A program made the position numbers and the translations under genes. A stretch of DNA of 64,000 nt. Origin: Minisyncoccota bacterium (lineage in GTDB: Bacteria > Patescibacteriota > Microgenomatia > PFEM01 > JAFGMK01). The DNA is taken from positions 37,942 through 101,941 of the forward strand of contig JAFGMK010000006.1 in assembly GCA_016927565.1 (NCBI GenBank). Direction: 5' to 3'. The notes under the pieces were generated by a model. The model did not search any database. It was not told the DNA's origin and worked only from the letters and a program-made list of their open reading frames with translations. This document shows positions 47,860 to 57,466 of this stretch, one piece after another. Within the stretch, counting starts at the first letter, position 1. Every line of letters begins with the position of its first letter.

Positions 47860-48234
47860 TCACTCCGTCTTTAAAAAGACGGCTATCTCAGCCAAAACCT
47901 CATCCGGCCTCAGGGCTGATTTCATCAGATAGCCATGAGCTCCCATTCGCAAGGCGTTTTTAATAAACTCATCCTGATTCAAAACCGTCAGCATGACAAT
48001 TTTTTTATTTTTTTTCTTAGCCGGAATTTCTTTTATTTTTCTCAGAAAAGTCAAACCGTCAATCTTGGGCATAATGATATCCAGCAGGATTAGATCAAAC
48101 CCGCCTTCAATTGCCTTAGCAAGACCGGCTGCCCCGTCTTCAGCTACTTCCAAATCATAACCCTCTCCTTTTAAAAGAGTTTCATATAGCTCGCGGGTGA
48201 AACGATCGTCCTCAATTAAAAGTATCCTGACCAT
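47860..48234 (-). CDS. Single-domain response regulator (tandem paralog)
   Basis: LLIEDD, LDIIMP, LTV, YLMK; shares an identical KIVMLTVLNQD-coding stretch with its neighbour; start at MVRIL. Confidence 0.9.
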   Translation of the reverse strand: MVRILLIEDDRFTRELYETLLKGEGYDLEVAEDGAAGLAKAIEGGFDLILLDIIMPKIDGLTFLRKIKEIPAKKKNKKIVMLTVLNQDEFIKNALRMGAHGYLMKSALRPDEVLAEIAVFLKTE

Positions 48235-48286
48235 TAAATTTAATATAACATTCTTTAGAAAGCCGATCAAGGTAAATTACTCGCAC

Positions 48287-48362
48287 TCTTTAACAAAGAT
48301 AACGATTCCGGATCGTCTGCAGATTTTGATCCGGGATCAAGTGAGCCTGGAATTGTCAAAGA
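48287..48362 (+). repeat. Palindromic MITE/REP-like element, copy D
   Basis: TCTTTAACAA...AACGATTCCGGATCGTCTGCAGATTTTGATCCGGGATC...TTGTCAAAGA; terminal IR matches 9/10. Confidence 0.85.
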
Positions 48363-48427
48363 AACTAAGTAAAGACCAATCAAGATAATCTTGGCAAAAA
48401 ATAAAATTTATAGTATGATGAAAAATA

Positions 48428-48703
48428 ATGGATGAAAACAAAATAGCCATTCTGTTTCATGATTTACTCGGGCCAGCTTCATCAATCAGAAATTTCTTGT
48501 ATTTTGTCCTTACCAAGAAAGGGAAGAGCTTGGATAAAAAAACAGAATATTTTATCAAGGCATCCTTAGAATCCTCGGAAATTTTAATTAAAAGACTCCA
48601 ATCTCTCCACCAAAATTGGACCGAGGCCTGCAATCCGATTGATGACTCTTCAAAAAAAGAGCCAGCCTCCCAAGAGAAAACAATAAATTCCAAAAAGCCA
48701 TAG
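48428..48703 (+). CDS. Stand-alone HisKA/DHp-like small protein
   Basis: LFHDLLGPASSIRNFL resembles an H-box (compare SHELRTPMTSVNNYI); no ATPase domain. Confidence 0.6.
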   Translation: MDENKIAILFHDLLGPASSIRNFLYFVLTKKGKSLDKKTEYFIKASLESSEILIKRLQSLHQNWTEACNPIDDSSKKEPASQEKTINSKKP

Positions 48704-49414
48704 TTTATTACTGACCAAAACCAGCCTCAAAGCCTTCAGGCTGAAATAACCCACAACTCCGGCTACCACCAATCCGACTCCTCCTTGAATAAGGACTTCA
48801 GAGGGTAATCCCAAAAGTTGGGGAAGTTTTAAAAAAAAAGCCCCGGTTACGGCCGGAACAGCCAAAAGAAAAGAAAAGTCAAAAGCAGCTGAAGGAGACA
48901 ATCCTTGACCCAAGCCGGCGGCAAGAGTTGCTCCGGAGCGGGAAACCCCGGGAAAAACCGCCAAACCCTGGAAAAACCCGATTAGTAAAATTTCCCGCCA
49001 GTTTAATTGACTTAACTCTTTTTTTCTTTTACCATTGACAGTAGAAAAAAGGAAAAAGGCTGTTAATAAAAGCATCAGGCCCACCAACCTAACGGAATTA
49101 AAAATAACCTCTTCGAAAAAGGAAACTCCCAGACCTATCAGAACAGCCGGCGCCGTTCCTAAAATCAGCTGGCCAATCAATCTCAACTGTTCCTTATCGC
49201 CTCTCAGCAAACCTTCAAGGATTCGCCTTAGTCTTTTTTTTAAAAAAAATATCACTGCTCCTAAGGTACCGATATGAAGAGTGATATCAAACCAAATCGG
49301 AGGATCAAGATTAAAAATCTTTTGGAAAATCACCAAATGACCCGAAGAAGAAATCGGCAAAAACTCAGTCAAGCCCTGAATGACACTTAGGAAAATAGCT
49401 TGGGGAAAGCTCAT
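48650..49414 (-). CDS. uppP: Undecaprenyl-diphosphate phosphatase
   Basis: QGLTEFLPISSSGHL, PGVSRSG, FSFLL. Confidence 0.96.
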   Translation of the reverse strand: MSFPQAIFLSVIQGLTEFLPISSSGHLVIFQKIFNLDPPIWFDITLHIGTLGAVIFFLKKRLRRILEGLLRGDKEQLRLIGQLILGTAPAVLIGLGVSFFEEVIFNSVRLVGLMLLLTAFFLFSTVNGKRKKELSQLNWREILLIGFFQGLAVFPGVSRSGATLAAGLGQGLSPSAAFDFSFLLAVPAVTGAFFLKLPQLLGLPSEVLIQGGVGLVVAGVVGYFSLKALRLVLVSNKLWLFGIYCFLLGGWLFF

Positions 49415-49571
49415 TAGCCTATTTTACTAAATTTTATCCCGGGGTGTCGACCCGAAAAGCGGTTCAAAATGATTACTCAGGCTTTTTTGATATCTATTTA
49501 GAATCCGGGGTGAGATTGTCACAGCTATGGCTGAATCACACATTCCGAAATGTAATATGCGAAAGCATTTT

Positions 49572-49600
49572 TTGCCAAAAAAAACCCGGCTTGGTATAAT
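49572..49600 (+). promoter_or_regulatory. Sigma70 promoter of rnpB
   Basis: TTGCCA-17-TATAAT with extended TG. Confidence 0.8.
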
Positions 49601-49605
49601 CAGTT

Positions 49606-49940
49606 TAATCTGGGAGGCTGGCAGCAAGTCCGATATTATGTCGGACAGGAAAGTCCAGACAGCTGAAAGCAGGGTGTCCCAATGTAAAATTGGGAGCGGG
49701 TTGAAATTTCGACCCGACAGACAGGACCACAGAGACAACGACTCAGCCCCGCATCTTGCGGAGCAAGAGGGTGAAAAGAGGCAACCCTCCCCGCTGCAAC
49801 CTCCGACCGGCACGTTCGAGGACGCTTTCCCAAGTCCGGGGTAATACCCGGACACGCGCCAAAGATAGAGGGCATCAGACAGATAGCTGCAAATCGAAAT
49901 TTCGATCGAACAGAATCTGGCTTACACGCTTCCCAGATTA
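49606..49940 (+). ncRNA. rnpB: RNase P RNA
   Basis: GGAAAGTCC, AGGGTGAAA, GAGCAAG, AGACAGAT, AACAGAATCTGGCTTA conserved regions; terminal P1 helix TAATCTGGGAGGC/GCTTCCCAGATTA. Confidence 0.93.
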
Positions 49941-49941
49941 A

Positions 49942-50928
49942 TTATTGTTTGGGAAAATAATCAGAAGTCCTAATTTCATGCGCCGCTTCCTGCAAAACTA
50001 AAAAAGTGGGCACTGCCAAAACAGCCCCCCCGATCCCCCCTAATTTAATTCCCACCGATAAGGCAATAATCACCAGCAAAGGATTAATTCCCAGATTTTT
50101 ACCCATCACCTTCGGCACGATAATACTATTTTCAATTTCCTGAATCAGGATATATAAAGCTGCCACCGCCACCCCGTGAAAAGAAGAAATTGTAAGGCCA
50201 AAAATAACTGCCGGCACCGCCGACATCGTCGGCCCAATGCTGGGAATAAGCTCCAAAATTCCGGCTAAAACCGCCAAGGGAAGGCAAAAATCGACTCCGA
50301 CCAATCTTAAACCAATGTAAGACATCACTCCGATAATCGTCATTAAAAAAATTTCTGCTCTGACCCAGCTTCCCAAACGCTTTTCCAATCTCCGGACAAA
50401 CTGACTCGCCCGATCCAAGCTGTTATTGCTAAAGAGAAGTTCCAGGTATTTACCCAGGTTTTTTCTCTCCATCAAAAGATAAAAGGTAATCACTGCCTGA
50501 AAAATAATCTTAAAAAGATTCTGGAAAATATTAATCGTCAATTTAAGCAAAGTTTCGGGTAATGAGGCTAACTGAGCGAATTGGGATAAAACCACTTCCT
50601 TGTCAAGCCAGGGTAAATTAACCTGCTCAATGTAACCGGGAATCTGATCAATCAAAATTGCCGTCTGTTCGACCAGGGGCGGCACTAAACCGGCAATTAC
50701 CAAACTGAAAAAGGTAAAAAAGACGATATAGATCAGCAAGATTGCCAACGGCCGGGGGATTTTAACCTTTTCCATTTTTTCGACGGTTGGATTTAAAGCC
50801 GCCATCAAAATAAAAGCCACAAATAAGGTAAAAATTATTTCCCTTATTTGATATAAAAACCAAATGCCAAGAAGAAAGGCAACGCTGAAAATAATTGTCC
50901 GGTGGGAAATTTCAATTTTTCTGGGCAT
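49942..50928 (-). CDS. AI-2E family (PerM) transporter
   Basis: Multi-TM; ELIP.IGP, IQEIEN.IIVPKVMG, GIGGAVLAVP. Confidence 0.9.
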   Translation of the reverse strand: MPRKIEISHRTIIFSVAFLLGIWFLYQIREIIFTLFVAFILMAALNPTVEKMEKVKIPRPLAILLIYIVFFTFFSLVIAGLVPPLVEQTAILIDQIPGYIEQVNLPWLDKEVVLSQFAQLASLPETLLKLTINIFQNLFKIIFQAVITFYLLMERKNLGKYLELLFSNNSLDRASQFVRRLEKRLGSWVRAEIFLMTIIGVMSYIGLRLVGVDFCLPLAVLAGILELIPSIGPTMSAVPAVIFGLTISSFHGVAVAALYILIQEIENSIIVPKVMGKNLGINPLLVIIALSVGIKLGGIGGAVLAVPTFLVLQEAAHEIRTSDYFPKQ

Positions 50929-51058
50929 ATTTAGCTTCTTCCTAATATATCATACTTTCTTCCTTTTTGCTGTTTCTGAATCCAAGTGATAAAATAATCA
51001 AGGCAAACTAAAAAAATTCCCTTTCGGCTGATTAGAAAACAAAATTTTAAAAAAGCGC

Positions 51059-51766
51059 ATGAAAATTATTGTCAACCTGAGAAATATCAGCGGGGCAATT
51101 AAAAGCAAAATTTCTTTTTTAAAACCACTGGAAAGAAAGCTTATCCGTTTTTTAGTTCCCTTTGTTCCTCCCTGGCTGGAAACTTATCATCTGACTACCA
51201 TGACAATTCCCTTCGGCCTTATTCTGATCGCCGCCAGCTTTCTAGCCCGGCAAAATCTTAAATGGCTCTGGGTAAGCGGCTTAATGGTTTTTTGCCAATA
51301 TATCACCGATATTCTTGATGGAGAAATCGGCCGACAAAGAAAAACCGGCCTAATCAAATGGGGCTTTTATTTAGATCACTTTTTAGATTTTGTCTTTACT
51401 TCTCTGATTATCATCGGTTACGGAATTGTATTTCCTCAATATCGCTCGTTTTTAGAAATCCTTCTGATGGCCTTAAGCGGCCTTTTTATTCATGAAGCCC
51501 TGGCCTGCGTTTGTCTGGGAAAATATAATGTCGCCGGCTATTACGGCGTAGGCGCAACCGAAATAAGACTCCTAACCATTCTGAGTAATCTTCTGATTCC
51601 CTTCTTTCCTCAGGAAAAACTGAAAACAATTTTTTTAGTCATCTCAATTATTCTTCTGTCGGGTTTAGCGTTTCAGGTTTTCCGAACCCAAAAAAGACTC
51701 TGGCGGGAAGATATGGAAAAAAAAGAAGCTGCTGAAAAAAGATCCAAAAAGGCCGTCAAAAATTAA
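51059..51766 (+). CDS. CDP-alcohol phosphatidyltransferase family protein
   Basis: DILDGEIGR...WGFYLDHFLD signature. Confidence 0.85.
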   Translation: MKIIVNLRNISGAIKSKISFLKPLERKLIRFLVPFVPPWLETYHLTTMTIPFGLILIAASFLARQNLKWLWVSGLMVFCQYITDILDGEIGRQRKTGLIKWGFYLDHFLDFVFTSLIIIGYGIVFPQYRSFLEILLMALSGLFIHEALACVCLGKYNVAGYYGVGATEIRLLTILSNLLIPFFPQEKLKTIFLVISIILLSGLAFQVFRTQKRLWREDMEKKEAAEKRSKKAVKN

Positions 51767-51769
51767 TAA

Positions 51770-52777
51770 TCATTTTGTAATCCAGGCGGCAATTTCATTT
51801 TCGATTTTTCTTTTCCGGGTTTTCTTGTCAGGATCAAACCAACAAACCCCCCGGATTTTTCTAAACCAAGTCAGTTGCCGCCGGGCATAGGCATGTTCGT
51901 CATATTGCCAGCGGCGGATAACTTCCTCTCTGGCCGCCCTTCTTTCAAAAAATAACCGCCATTCCTGATAACCCAGGGTTTTTCCCAAACTTGAATTTTG
52001 CCAATGATAACCTTTTACTAAGAGTTCTTTGATTTCTGCCTCTATTCCCTGACTGACTCTTGCTTTCACCCGCTGATCAATTCTTTGATAAAGAACCGGT
52101 AACGGCGCTTTCAGCCCCAATATCAGAATCCGATCAAATCTCAATTTTTTTATTTTTTTTTGATTCTTGTATTCCGACTTACCCCCCGCCGGCTGCCTGC
52201 TTTTTGCCACTTCCAGCGCCCGAATCAATCGCCGGGGATTCTGCCGATCAGACAAATTCATCAACCGCCAACGCGTGGAGTCAAGCCGCCTTAATTTCCT
52301 GGCCAGATCCGTTGTTTTCTGGTCTTTCAGCTTTTCCCTCAATCTCCAGTCCGGTTTTATTCCCAAAGTTCCGACTCCTTCGATCAGGCTTTTGATATAA
52401 AAACCGGTCCCTCCGACTATAATCGGCAATTTTTCCTGACGCCAAATATCTTTGATCACCAGATGAGCGCAAATTAACCAATCGGCAACAGTAAAACGAT
52501 AATCCGGCAGTACCAAATCGTAAAGCCAAACCGGAATGTTCCGGATCAGATAAAATCCTAATTGATATTTTTCATTTTTAATCCGCATTTCTGATCTTTG
52601 ATATTTAACATTTGATTTCGGGCCCAAATCTTTACCGGTTCCGATATCCATTCCTGAATAAACTTGTCTTGAGTCGGCCGAAATTATTTCCCCGTTAAAG
52701 CGTTTTGCCAAATCAATTCCCAGGCCGGTTTTGCCGGTTGCCGTCGGTCCGCAAATAACCAAAAGCTTTCTCAACAT
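51770..52777 (-). CDS. miaA: tRNA dimethylallyltransferase
   Basis: GPTATGKT, SADSRQVY.GMDIGTGK, VGGTGFY, YARRQLTWF. Confidence 0.96.
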   Translation of the reverse strand: MLRKLLVICGPTATGKTGLGIDLAKRFNGEIISADSRQVYSGMDIGTGKDLGPKSNVKYQRSEMRIKNEKYQLGFYLIRNIPVWLYDLVLPDYRFTVADWLICAHLVIKDIWRQEKLPIIVGGTGFYIKSLIEGVGTLGIKPDWRLREKLKDQKTTDLARKLRRLDSTRWRLMNLSDRQNPRRLIRALEVAKSRQPAGGKSEYKNQKKIKKLRFDRILILGLKAPLPVLYQRIDQRVKARVSQGIEAEIKELLVKGYHWQNSSLGKTLGYQEWRLFFERRAAREEVIRRWQYDEHAYARRQLTWFRKIRGVCWFDPDKKTRKRKIENEIAAWITK

Positions 52778-52900
52778 TGATCCTCCGGGCTTATTTTAAC
52801 AACTTCATCCCGGAGGGGAAATACGCAAGCTTCTCTTGATTGTCTGGCCGGAAGAAAACCCGCCCTTTCAAAAAGGAATAAAAAGGAATAAACTACAATT

Positions 52901-54502
52901 ATGAATTCCTCAATCAGCGTCACCGTTCTCGGCGGTCAGGAAGAGGTCGGCCTCAATTCAACAGTTGTCGAGGTTGATAATGATATTGTCATTATTGACT
53001 TGGGAAATAATTTCGAAGACAGTGATTTTGGTGTCAGTTATTATCTTCCCAACATCGAAAGCCTTCTGGGCAAAACTGACAGAATCAGGGGAATTTTCAT
53101 TACCCACGGACACTATGATCATCGGGCCGCCCTTCCTTTTTTAATTGATAAACTAGGCTTCCCGCCTGTCTATGGTTCTCCCTTTACGATTCAACTGATT
53201 AAACAACACCTCAAAGGATTTAAAAAAGTAAGCCAAACCCGGCTGATTCCTCTCCAGCCGAGGCAAGAAATAAATCTCGGCAAAATCCAGGTTAAGGCAG
53301 TTCACCTTACCCACAGCATTATCGGCACTTACGGTTATTTTTTGAAAACCATCCGGGGCAACCTTTTCCACAGCGGTGATTTTAAATTTGACGACACTCC
53401 CTTCCGGGAAAAAGCAACCGACTATCAATCCCTTAGGGAAATCGGTCGGCAGGGAGTTTTGGTCGCTTTCATCGACAGCACCAGAGCAACCTCAGAAGGC
53501 CATTCCCAATCTGAAACCGAAATTACCCAAAACCTGGAAAAATTAATCAGAGAGGCTCCGGGCAGAATTATTGTGAGTACTTTTGCCCAGATGCTTTCCC
53601 GTATCAATCAAATTGCCCTGATCGGCAAAAAATACCAAAGGCAAATTTTTATCAAAGGCAGAACCCTGGAAAAAACCACTCAAATAGGCAAACAGATGGG
53701 TCTTTTTGACAAATCCCTAAAAATCAGAGACGCCAAGCAAATGGAGCAGTTCCCGGACCGGGAAATCCTTCTTTTCGCCACCGGAAGCCAGGGAGAGGAA
53801 AAAGCCGCCCTGGCCCGAATGCTTGAAGCAAAAAAAGGCCTTTTCAAGGTCAAACCCACTGACACCATTATTCTTTCTTCTTCAACCATTCCCTCCAACA
53901 TTGTGACCATTCAAAAATTGGTAGACCGCTTTGCCGATCGGGGCTGCCGGGTTTTTACCGATGACATTATTGACATTCATGCCGGGGGCCACGGTCATCA
54001 AGACGAAATTAAAAAAATGATTCAACTTTTAAAGCCCAAGTTCATTTTTCCGGTCCAGGGCTATATTTCTTTTCGTCATCAACTTGGTTTTTTGGCTCGT
54101 TCATTCGGTTACCGGAAGAACGAAATTATCCTGGCTAAAAATAATCAACCGGTCTTAATCAACCGGCAGGGCTTTAAAAAAACCAGCGGGAAAACCAGGC
54201 CGCCGACAGCGGTTATAGAAAATTACCCAATCAAAAACGGAGCCGAAATTGTTTTCCAGCGAAAAAAAGCCGCCTTAAGGGGGCTTTTGACTGTCTTTAT
54301 CAATCCGCAAACAAGACAACTCAAAACCAGCTTTTGGGGAGTCCCCGAATTTATTAAAAAAGAAATTAAAATTGCATTGCAACAGGAAATAATTGCCAAG
54401 CGGGATCCTCAAGTTACTAAAAGAAAAATTGAGGACCTTCTCTGGGAATATCTTGACGAGGAATTGATTCCCGCCATCAAGGTTGAAATATCTTCGAATT
54501 AA
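52901..54502 (+). CDS. rnj: Ribonuclease J
   Basis: LGG.EEVG.N, THGHYDH, HSI, HSGDFK, TGSQGE, IHAGGH. Confidence 0.93.
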   Translation: MNSSISVTVLGGQEEVGLNSTVVEVDNDIVIIDLGNNFEDSDFGVSYYLPNIESLLGKTDRIRGIFITHGHYDHRAALPFLIDKLGFPPVYGSPFTIQLIKQHLKGFKKVSQTRLIPLQPRQEINLGKIQVKAVHLTHSIIGTYGYFLKTIRGNLFHSGDFKFDDTPFREKATDYQSLREIGRQGVLVAFIDSTRATSEGHSQSETEITQNLEKLIREAPGRIIVSTFAQMLSRINQIALIGKKYQRQIFIKGRTLEKTTQIGKQMGLFDKSLKIRDAKQMEQFPDREILLFATGSQGEEKAALARMLEAKKGLFKVKPTDTIILSSSTIPSNIVTIQKLVDRFADRGCRVFTDDIIDIHAGGHGHQDEIKKMIQLLKPKFIFPVQGYISFRHQLGFLARSFGYRKNEIILAKNNQPVLINRQGFKKTSGKTRPPTAVIENYPIKNGAEIVFQRKKAALRGLLTVFINPQTRQLKTSFWGVPEFIKKEIKIALQQEIIAKRDPQVTKRKIEDLLWEYLDEELIPAIKVEISSN

Positions 54503-55661
54503 TCAGCTTGTTCAAAATTTGCCACCGCCTTTTTTTTTCTTGGCAAGAAACATCATCCTCAAACTCAAAAGCAGCCGTTCCCGGCCGGGGCGAATAAGCC
54601 GCAATGTAGGCCTTAGAAAAACCAATCTGCCGACAAAGTCGGCAGGTATTGTTAAAAGCTTTTCTGGTCTCACCCGGAAAGCCGACAATGATATCGGTTC
54701 CGATTTTTACTTCAGGAATTTCCCTTTTGATTTTTTGAATTAAGCCAAGATATTCCCCGGCCGTATAAGGCCGATTCATTCTCGCCAAAATTTGGTCATC
54801 ACCGGACTGAACCGGCAAATGAAGCTCGCGGCTGATTTTGGCCAATTTCATTGCTCTGATCAGATCATCGCTGAAATCCCAGGGATTGCTGGTCAAAAAA
54901 GAAATTTTTTTAACTCCTTCAATGGTGTGGATAATTTCCAACAGCAAAGCGAATAGACAGCGCCTTTTCTCCTGACAGCCCGCTTGGCCATTCCGAGTTA
55001 GACCCTGGTATTTTTGATATATTTCCGTTCTTTCTTTTGGCAAAAAGTCATTTCCATAGGAATTGACATTCTGACCCAATAACACTATTTCTTCCCAGCC
55101 CTTCCTGACCAGCTCCTCCACTTGACAAACGATATCGCTGAAGGGAAATGAAGCTTCTCGGCCTTTAGCGTATGGGACAACACAATAACTGCAGAAATGA
55201 TTGCAGCCCTTCATAATGGGAATAAAAGCTTTTTTCTTGCTGAAACGGCTCTTCTCAGTCTTAATCTTCCCAAATCCCCATTCCCACCAGGCTTTAAATT
55301 CGGCTACCTGAGGCAGTTTTTTTTTAAGCTGGCGAAGCGAATATCGCTTCCTTTCCCCCCTGGCTGACCCGACCATGCAACCGGTAAGGATTGTCTTCGG
55401 TTTGGTTAAGTTATTTTTTCGCCTTAACCCCCCGGTTTTTTGAATAGAAGAATCCGCTTTAAACCTATTTATATTATTAATCAGGCCAAAAACCCGATTT
55501 TCAGCTGATTCCCGGATTGAGCAGGAATTAATGATCACCTCATCGGCTTCTTGCCAGATCTTTGCCTCTTCCCAACCTCGGGACTGATACCAACCAGCAA
55601 TCATTTCCGATTCCGCCTCATTCATCTGACAACCGAAGGTGCGGATAAAGTATTTCTTCAT
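54477..55661 (-). CDS. miaB: MiaB-like methylthiotransferase (no TRAM domain)
   Basis: TFGCQMN, NSCSIR, GCM, GCNHFCSYC, LGQNVNSY, HLPVQSG, DIIVGFPGET, YSPRPGT. Confidence 0.9.
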   Translation of the reverse strand: MKKYFIRTFGCQMNEAESEMIAGWYQSRGWEEAKIWQEADEVIINSCSIRESAENRVFGLINNINRFKADSSIQKTGGLRRKNNLTKPKTILTGCMVGSARGERKRYSLRQLKKKLPQVAEFKAWWEWGFGKIKTEKSRFSKKKAFIPIMKGCNHFCSYCVVPYAKGREASFPFSDIVCQVEELVRKGWEEIVLLGQNVNSYGNDFLPKERTEIYQKYQGLTRNGQAGCQEKRRCLFALLLEIIHTIEGVKKISFLTSNPWDFSDDLIRAMKLAKISRELHLPVQSGDDQILARMNRPYTAGEYLGLIQKIKREIPEVKIGTDIIVGFPGETRKAFNNTCRLCRQIGFSKAYIAAYSPRPGTAAFEFEDDVSCQEKKRRWQILNKLINSKIFQP

Positions 55662-55779
55662 GAGAATAATTTTATCATTTTTGAGTTTAAAGATTGTTTA
55701 ATCAGAACGGGTAAAATTGAATATCCCGGCGCGCAAGAAAAAACTCACACTAGCGCGAAAATGTGAGAATTATTTTTAA

Positions 55780-56430
55780 CTAAAGATAGCACGCACCACT
55801 AAGAGCTGTTCCCAAACAAGCATGAGCCAAAAAAACACCCCAAAAATTATTGGTTTTGACAAACCACCAGTTAAGGTAAAGCCCGAAAAATAATGAGCCA
55901 AAAGAAAGTCCCGGCCCCCAGGCCAAATGAAGCCAAGCAAACAAAAATGTTCCCCAGATTAAAAAAGAACCGGGATTACCAAAATGGGTTTTTAAAAAAT
56001 TAAATAAAAATAACCGGTAGATCAACTCCTGAAGAAAAGTGGAAAGACAAATGTAAATTAAGGCCTGCTGCCAAAAGGGAATTTTCAACTTAAAAATTAT
56101 TGTCAATTCATTACAGGAAATTGGCAAAGATATTTTTTCGGATAAGACAATCAGAGAAATAACAACAACCGGAATTAAAAATATGAGATCAGGTTTACCC
56201 GGCCGGGAAAAAAATACTTTTAATTTGCCGAGTTTGGCAATAGTTAACCCGGCAATGGCGGCCATTGTTAATAAAACCAAGACTATTCTCAGCTTAAAAA
56301 AAGGCAGGCCCTCTAAAATTAATAAAGGAAGTAAAATTAACAGAAGAAGAGGAAAAAAAGTTTCAAAACTCTGACTAAAACTTTTTTGCCTCACTCTTTG
56401 TCTTTTATTAGAAACTGATAAAACTTTCAT
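55780..56430 (-). CDS. CPBP/CAAX intramembrane protease family protein
   Basis: QELIYR, FAWLH, LAH motifs. Confidence 0.75.
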   Translation of the reverse strand: MKVLSVSNKRQRVRQKSFSQSFETFFPLLLLILLPLLILEGLPFFKLRIVLVLLTMAAIAGLTIAKLGKLKVFFSRPGKPDLIFLIPVVVISLIVLSEKISLPISCNELTIIFKLKIPFWQQALIYICLSTFLQELIYRLFLFNFLKTHFGNPGSFLIWGTFLFAWLHLAWGPGLSFGSLFFGLYLNWWFVKTNNFWGVFLAHACLGTALSGACYL

Positions 56431-56437
56431 TCCCTGA

Positions 56438-56908
56438 TTATTTTGACTTTAAGAATTTTTTTATGAATTCTTCATGATGAGGAAACAGCCTGGAAGGAAT
56501 CCTGGTAAAGAAGCGACCCGCTTTCGGCTTTTGCGGACTTTGGCAAAGACAGATCAAAGAAACGACTTGGGCATAAGGATGATCCGGCCAAACGAAAATG
56601 TCGATAAACTTTTTAAGAGATACTTCAATTTTCAACTCCCAACGGCCGATCCGCTGGCAAGTTTCCTCAAGACTTTCACCGGCGATCATAAATCCCCCGG
56701 GCAAATGCCAGCCATGCCAGCGATGATCATTTCTTTTGGTTAATAAAAAATCTTTTCCGGTTTGAGAAATAATGACTTCAACAGCCGGAAGAGTAACTAG
56801 CCAGGCCAGTTCAGCCCAAACCGGAAAGGGCAATCTTTTCCCTGGTTGTCTTTGTTCTTTAAGTTTCCTTAAGAGCCGGACTAACTGGTCAATTTCTTTT
56901 TGCTTCAT
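56438..56908 (-). CDS. NUDIX hydrolase (GDP-mannose hydrolase-like)
   Basis: WHLPGG...GESLEETCQRIGRWEL variant Nudix box. Confidence 0.8.
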   Translation of the reverse strand: MKQKEIDQLVRLLRKLKEQRQPGKRLPFPVWAELAWLVTLPAVEVIISQTGKDFLLTKRNDHRWHGWHLPGGFMIAGESLEETCQRIGRWELKIEVSLKKFIDIFVWPDHPYAQVVSLICLCQSPQKPKAGRFFTRIPSRLFPHHEEFIKKFLKSK

Positions 56909-56921
56909 TTAAAAGTTTTGT

Positions 56922-57338
56922 TTATTCTAAAGCTCTGATTCTGTCCTGACTGACAACCATTTTAATTTCCTTGACGAGTTTAATTCCCAGAGCAGCAATT
57001 TTAAAACCGACCGAGGACAAAAAACCCATTAATAAAAGATAGATACTCATATTAACCAAGCCATTTACCACCTCATCGGGCAAAAGCTTTAACTCTTGAG
57101 GGGGCGATTTTTCTCCAGGGTCAGATAAAGAAAACCTTTCTGGCAATTCGTAGCCTTCAGGCAACCGAATTTGATAATTCTGCTGGCCGGGCAGAGTGAT
57201 CCCGGGAGCTTCAAAAGAAAAAACCTCAGGCGGTGTTTTTAAACCGGTAAAAACCTGATAAATGGAAAAGGCGCTGGCGACAATTACGCCTAGACCAACC
57301 GCCAGTAAAAGGTAGCCTGCAAGCTTTTCGCTGTTCAT
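56922..57338 (-). CDS. Hypothetical 2-TM membrane protein
   Basis: Two TM helices; SD AGGAGG. Confidence 0.75.
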   Translation of the reverse strand: MNSEKLAGYLLLAVGLGVIVASAFSIYQVFTGLKTPPEVFSFEAPGITLPGQQNYQIRLPEGYELPERFSLSDPGEKSPPQELKLLPDEVVNGLVNMSIYLLLMGFLSSVGFKIAALGIKLVKEIKMVVSQDRIRALE

Positions 57339-57466
57339 TTTAAAAATCCCTCCTTTTTTTTAGAAATTCCAACTTGGGGCGCTGTGGCAATATCTTGAAG
57401 ACCGGGGCCGGAATTAAGCAATAACATCTCATTGGGGTCAGTCATTATTTTTGGATAGCAAAATAA

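Noticed and set aside
49427-49941. ORFs 49427-49855, 49527-49844, 49636-49875, 49756-49941
   Set aside because: They overlap the GC-rich RNase P RNA and have no protein motifs
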